From an uncultured Bacilli bacterium (GTDB taxonomy: Bacteria; Bacillota_I; Bacilli_A; RF39; UBA660): 35,099 bases of DNA. Under the pieces are notes generated by a model that searched no databases, was not told the origin of the DNA, and saw nothing but the letters and a program-made list of their open reading frames with translations. Location: contig CALVVE010000002.1 in the NCBI GenBank assembly GCA_944363775.1, forward strand, positions 1 through 35,099, written 5' to 3'. Shown piece after piece: positions 32,601 through 35,099 of this stretch (positions within the stretch are counted from its first letter, which is position 1; every line of letters starts with the position of its first letter). Position numbers and translations under genes: made by a program.

Positions 32601-33053
32601 ACTTAAATCATGAGCATCTTGAACATTTGATGAAGCAAGCATACAAACCCCAGTAGCGCGGGCTGCATAAATATCTTGATGATCTCCTAAGATTGATAAC
32701 GCATGAGTAGATAGACTACGAGCAGCAACATGAATTACACCAGGTAACATTTCTCCGGCTAATTTATAAAAGTTAGGTATCATTAAAAGTAAACCTTGAC
32801 TTGCCGTATAAGTACTTGTTAAGCAACCACTGACAAGAGAACCATGAACAAGTCCTGCTGCACCCGCTTCACTTTGCATTTCAATTACTTTTACTTGATC
32901 ATCAAAAATATTTTTACGACCTTTCATACTCCATTCATCTATATGTTCAGCCATAGGACTAGATGGCGTAATAGGATAAATTCCTGCAACTTCGGTATAC
33001 ATATAAGATGCATAACTACAAGCAGTATTTCCATCAACTGTTATTTGTTTCAT
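29643..33053 (-). CDS. nifJ: pyruvate:ferredoxin (flavodoxin) oxidoreductase
   Basis: 1136-aa single-chain PFOR. It has two 4Fe-4S ferredoxin motifs (CINCNQCALVCP, CTGCGLCIKTCP) and the TPP-binding motif GGDGWAYDIGFGG. Confidence 0.96.
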   Translation of the reverse strand: MKQITVDGNTACSYASYMYTEVAGIYPITPSSPMAEHIDEWSMKGRKNIFDDQVKVIEMQSEAGAAGLVHGSLVSGCLTSTYTASQGLLLMIPNFYKLAGEMLPGVIHVAARSLSTHALSILGDHQDIYAARATGVCMLASSNVQDAHDLSVVAHLASIDSSLPFIHFFDGFRTSHEINKINVLEDSDYKELMNLENVNKFRNRSLNPNNPNTRGTAQNDDIYFQAMEAKNKNYEEVVETVVKVMERVNNKTGRTLKPFEYYGDKEATDIIVAMGSVNETIKETIDDLNNKGYKVGLIEVHLYRPFSKKYFDLVLPKTVKNIAVLDRTKEHGSIGEPLYLDVKAIVPNNINVYGGRYGLSSKNTTPRDIKAVYDFLKTNPHHNFTISINDDVTNLSLKSDENYKLNSSLELLIYGYGSDGMVSASKSLVSLIGNNTNKYVQGYFQYDSKKSGGVTTSHIRFNDNKILSTYYVENPKLIVITKDEYLNNFDVFSKIHEGGTFLINSVYNEEELNKLIPNQMKKIIKEKHCKVYNINAYKIAYNSGLKNKISMIMEAAILELLNLLDKEEWLPLLEENIKSKFSNKGSEIVEANLNAVKLSLDSLKLININDEDTFDLKDSNNFIDKIRNRLGDTLPVSKFVNHNDGVFPSGTSLTEKREISDKVPSWISSNCINCNQCALVCPHGVIRPFLLTEEEYNNAPIEIQKRAVKPFGRGLEDYYYILSVSVKDCTGCGLCIKTCPGFKLQKALEFKELKEQINNHEQEIFDYLEKNISYKKELDNTLYTVKTVGFKEPKFQFSGACAGCGETAYIKLLTQLFGDSMMIANATGCSSIYGASVPSMPYRVPWASSLFEDNAEYGFGMNQAVNTIRNRIKNIMEQNLDHQDSIWFKEYIENMDDLNKTTEVYNHVNDTWPKEIVELKEYIKARSIWMIGGDGWAYDIGFGGIDHVLASNENVNILVLDTQVYSNTGGQASKASPKGAIASFATSGKMTNKKDLARIAMSYPNVYVATINLGANQAQVIKAMKEASEHNGPSILIAYCSCIEHGIVGGMENSLDMEALATKCGYFPIFRYVPKDNKFYLDSKNVNFDLYEEFLNNQNRYRMLKKVNPEHATNLLESNKENAVKRFEYYKELFEK

Positions 33054-33056
33054 AAC

Positions 33057-33671
33057 TCACCTCTTATTATCTAAATAATTCTTTACTTTTATTTTTATTC
33101 TTTGAATTGCATTATCAATTGTTTTAGGATCACGATTTAATAAATTAGCAATTTCTTTATAAGTAAAATGATTAATTTTTAAATCAAAAACTTGTGATTC
33201 TAATGGAGTTAAAATCTCTTTAATATTATTTACTAAATTATTAGTTACTTCATTATCAATTAATTGTAATTCAGGGTTATTTGAATTATCAATTAAAACA
33301 TTTTCTAAAGTTTTAGTATCCTCATCAAGTTCAAAAGAAATAGATTCATTTAAAAACTTATGTTTTAATCTTTTAGCTGAAATAATAAAAGATAACATTT
33401 TACTATCAACACATGTTTTAGCATATGTATAAAATAAAACATTTTTACTATCATCAAAAGTTTCAATAGCTTGATTTAAACCTAAATACCCTTCTTGAAT
33501 TAAATCTTTTATTTCTATTCCTAAATTATTACAATTAACAATCATTTCTTTTGCTTTTTTTATTATATATGGTTTATATTTTTCAAACATTATTTCATTA
33601 TTAATTTCACTTGTATCTGCTTCAGCAATGTAATTTAATAATTCTAAATCATCAAATTCTTTATAATTCAT
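33057..33671 (-). CDS. sigH: sigma-70 family sigma factor, SigH-like
   Basis: Region 2 (DLIQEGYLGLNQAIETFD), a SigH-type segment (AKRLKHKFLNESISF) and a region 4 HTH (FTYKEIANLLNRDPKTIDNAIQRIK). The position downstream of mrnC-rlmB matches the Bacillus yazC-yacO-(yacP)-sigH context. Confidence 0.78.
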   Translation of the reverse strand: MNYKEFDDLELLNYIAEADTSEINNEIMFEKYKPYIIKKAKEMIVNCNNLGIEIKDLIQEGYLGLNQAIETFDDSKNVLFYTYAKTCVDSKMLSFIISAKRLKHKFLNESISFELDEDTKTLENVLIDNSNNPELQLIDNEVTNNLVNNIKEILTPLESQVFDLKINHFTYKEIANLLNRDPKTIDNAIQRIKIKVKNYLDNKR

Positions 33672-34367
33672 TTATTTTCGGCACTTAATAGCTTCATAAA
33701 TCATAATTCCTGCAGCTACACTTGCATTTAAACTATTAGTTGTTCCACGCATTGGTAAACTTGCAATAAAATCACAATTTTTAGAAACTAAATCGCCCAT
33801 TCCTTTACCTTCATTACCTATTACTAAAGCAATTTTACCAGAATAATCAATCTCAGTATAATCAGTTCCATCCATATCTGTACCAACAATCCAGAAACCT
33901 TTACTTTTTAAATATTCGATTGTATTAACTAAATTAGTAACTCTAGCAATTTTAGTATTTAAAATAGCTCCAGTACTAACTTTAATAACAGTTGGATTAA
34001 CACTAACACCACGATTTTTAGGAATGATTATTCCATCTACTAAAGCAGCTTCACAAGTTCTAATAATAGCTCCAAAATTATGTGGATCTTCAATGTGATC
34101 TAAGATTACTACTAAACTATCATCTTTATCAATCATTTCATTAATATCACTATATTCAAAATCTTTAACACGAAGTACAATTCCTTGATGATTATCAGGA
34201 CATAAGTGATCTAAATCTCTTTTATCTAACCACTCTATTTTTATTTTTTTAGATTTTAAACTTTCTACAATATATTCATCATTAAAATTTTTATATAAAT
34301 AAGCTTTATCTATTTTTAAATCTTTTTTTAAATATTCTAAAACTACATTCTTTCCATAAATATACAT
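33672..34367 (-). CDS. rlmB: 23S rRNA (guanosine-2'-O-)-methyltransferase, TrmH/SpoU family
   Basis: SpoU motifs DPHNFGAIIRT, LVIGNEGKGM and SLNASVAAGI. Synteny with mrnC supports the call. Confidence 0.88.
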   Translation of the reverse strand: MYIYGKNVVLEYLKKDLKIDKAYLYKNFNDEYIVESLKSKKIKIEWLDKRDLDHLCPDNHQGIVLRVKDFEYSDINEMIDKDDSLVVILDHIEDPHNFGAIIRTCEAALVDGIIIPKNRGVSVNPTVIKVSTGAILNTKIARVTNLVNTIEYLKSKGFWIVGTDMDGTDYTEIDYSGKIALVIGNEGKGMGDLVSKNCDFIASLPMRGTTNSLNASVAAGIMIYEAIKCRK

Positions 34368-34741
34368 ATTTTTTCACCTACAATCAAATTCATTAATTCA
34401 TCTATTCTTTTATTTTGTTTTGTTAAAAATAAATACCCAAATAAAGCTTCTAAACCAGTTGAAAGTTTATAAGTAACAATATCAGTATTTTTAGGACTTT
34501 TATGACTTTTATGATTACGAGCTCGTTTTACAATATCAATTTCTTCATTAGTTAAATACTTGCTTATTTTATTTAATATTAAAGCTTGACTTTTAGCACT
34601 TACATACTTTTTAGCTTCTTCTTGTAACGTATTTACTTTATTAATACCTTTATCAATTAAATAAGTTCTAATATATAATTCATAAATACTATCACCTAAA
34701 TATGCAAGTGCTAAAGCATTAACCTCATTAACACTCTTCAT
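34343..34741 (-). CDS. mrnC: Mini-ribonuclease 3
   Basis: LALAYLGDSIYELYIRTYL, VSAKSQA, KSPKNTDIVTYKLSTGLEALFGYLFL match Mini-III. ATG at 34741 (MKSVNE) is preferred over the TTG at 34750. Confidence 0.85.
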   Translation of the reverse strand: MKSVNEVNALALAYLGDSIYELYIRTYLIDKGINKVNTLQEEAKKYVSAKSQALILNKISKYLTNEEIDIVKRARNHKSHKSPKNTDIVTYKLSTGLEALFGYLFLTKQNKRIDELMNLIVGEKICIFMERM

Positions 34742-35099
34742 AACGATCAAATGTAATTCCTTTCACAATACCAGTTTTAATATCATTTAAAATAATTCCA
34801 TAAACTTTTTCGTAATCAACAATTCCCCCACGTGATAAACATCCTCTTCTTTTACCAATATTATCTAAAGTTTCTACAATATCTTTACTAATACTTGTAA
34901 TTCCATATCGTTTTTCTAATATTTCAGGATAATACTTTTCTAGTGTTTTTAAGATATATACAACGACATCATAAATTGGTAAAACTTCTTCTTTAATAGC
35001 AGTTAAACTAGCTAAGTTAAACGCAACACTTTTTTCTTCAAATTTTGGCCATAAAATACCTGGAGTATCTAAAAGTTCAACATAATTATCTATTCTAAT
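34728..35099 (-). CDS. rbgA: ribosome biogenesis GTPase A (YlqF/RbgA), C-terminal part; 5' end outside the window
   Basis: I translated this open frame from the window edge myself: IRIDNYVELLDTPGILWPKF... ending ...GITFDRYEEC with a TAA stop at 34730-34728. DTPGILWPKF is the RbgA G3 region. The frame is not in the ORF track because it has no start. Confidence 0.8.
   Translation of the reverse strand: MRIDNYVELLDTPGILWPKFEEKSVAFNLASLTAIKEEVLPIYDVVVYILKTLEKYYPEILEKRYGITSISKDIVETLDNIGKRRGCLSRGGIVDYEKVYGIILNDIKTGIVKGITFDRYEEC

Noticed and set aside
10743-33074. Other short overlapping ORFs in the track (10743..10928, 15901..16086, 19004..19243, 22960..23169, 23051..23251, 23264..23608, 26803..27048, 32021..32203 and 32844..33074)
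   Set aside because: Each is nested in, or antisense to, a longer gene with clear family motifs. All have hydrophobic or low-complexity translations and lack RBS support.
1-35099. Mollicutes-type genetic code (TGA=Trp), considered because of the extreme AT-richness
   Set aside because: All large conserved genes (pnp, ppdK, PFOR, cysS) are full length in the standard code with no in-frame TGA. TGA also functions as a stop, for example in the sigH-like gene and the 24-aa ORF.

Overview
AT-rich (about 27-35% GC by eye) chromosomal segment from a low-GC Bacillota-type bacterium. It uses the standard genetic code: housekeeping ORFs are long and intact, and TGA is used as a stop. I call about 40 protein genes, more than 80% on the minus strand, which fits leading-strand bias. 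The backbone is housekeeping: pnp, rpsO, truB, thyA, cysS, cysK, ppdK, a Xer recombinase, trmB, PFOR (nifJ-type), a sigH-like sigma factor, rlmB, mrnC and the 3' end of rbgA. There are two tRNAs: CAU (Ile2/Met type) and Leu-UAG. Envelope and stress genes include a YugP-type Zn peptidase, a GH25 autolysin with about 16 cell-wall-binding repeats, LemA-DUF2207, YtxG/YtxH-like proteins and a lipoprotein. An SspI-like small protein and roughly 10 lineage-specific orphan genes are also present. No CRISPR array, rRNA, transposase or prophage was seen. The most interesting signal lies outside the ORF track, in the 490-nt gap downstream of the tRNA pair. There, a 24-codon hydrophobic peptide gene on the minus strand has its Shine-Dalgarno sequence locked in a GNRA hairpin. 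A 27-bp helix joins the 5' and 3' ends of its predicted mRNA, and a convergent antisense RNA carries its own terminator. This is the architecture of a type I toxin-antitoxin module. Other items worth a second look: a secreted 576-aa protein with an FGE/SUMF1-like domain behind a perfect consensus promoter; a thymidylate synthase enlarged by about 117 aa of insertions; and four orphan genes (one DUF1848 with a C-terminal CX3CX2C motif) interrupting the normally conserved truB-(ribF)-rpsO-pnp backbone. All domain calls rest on motifs recognised by eye and recalled family knowledge. No searches were run.
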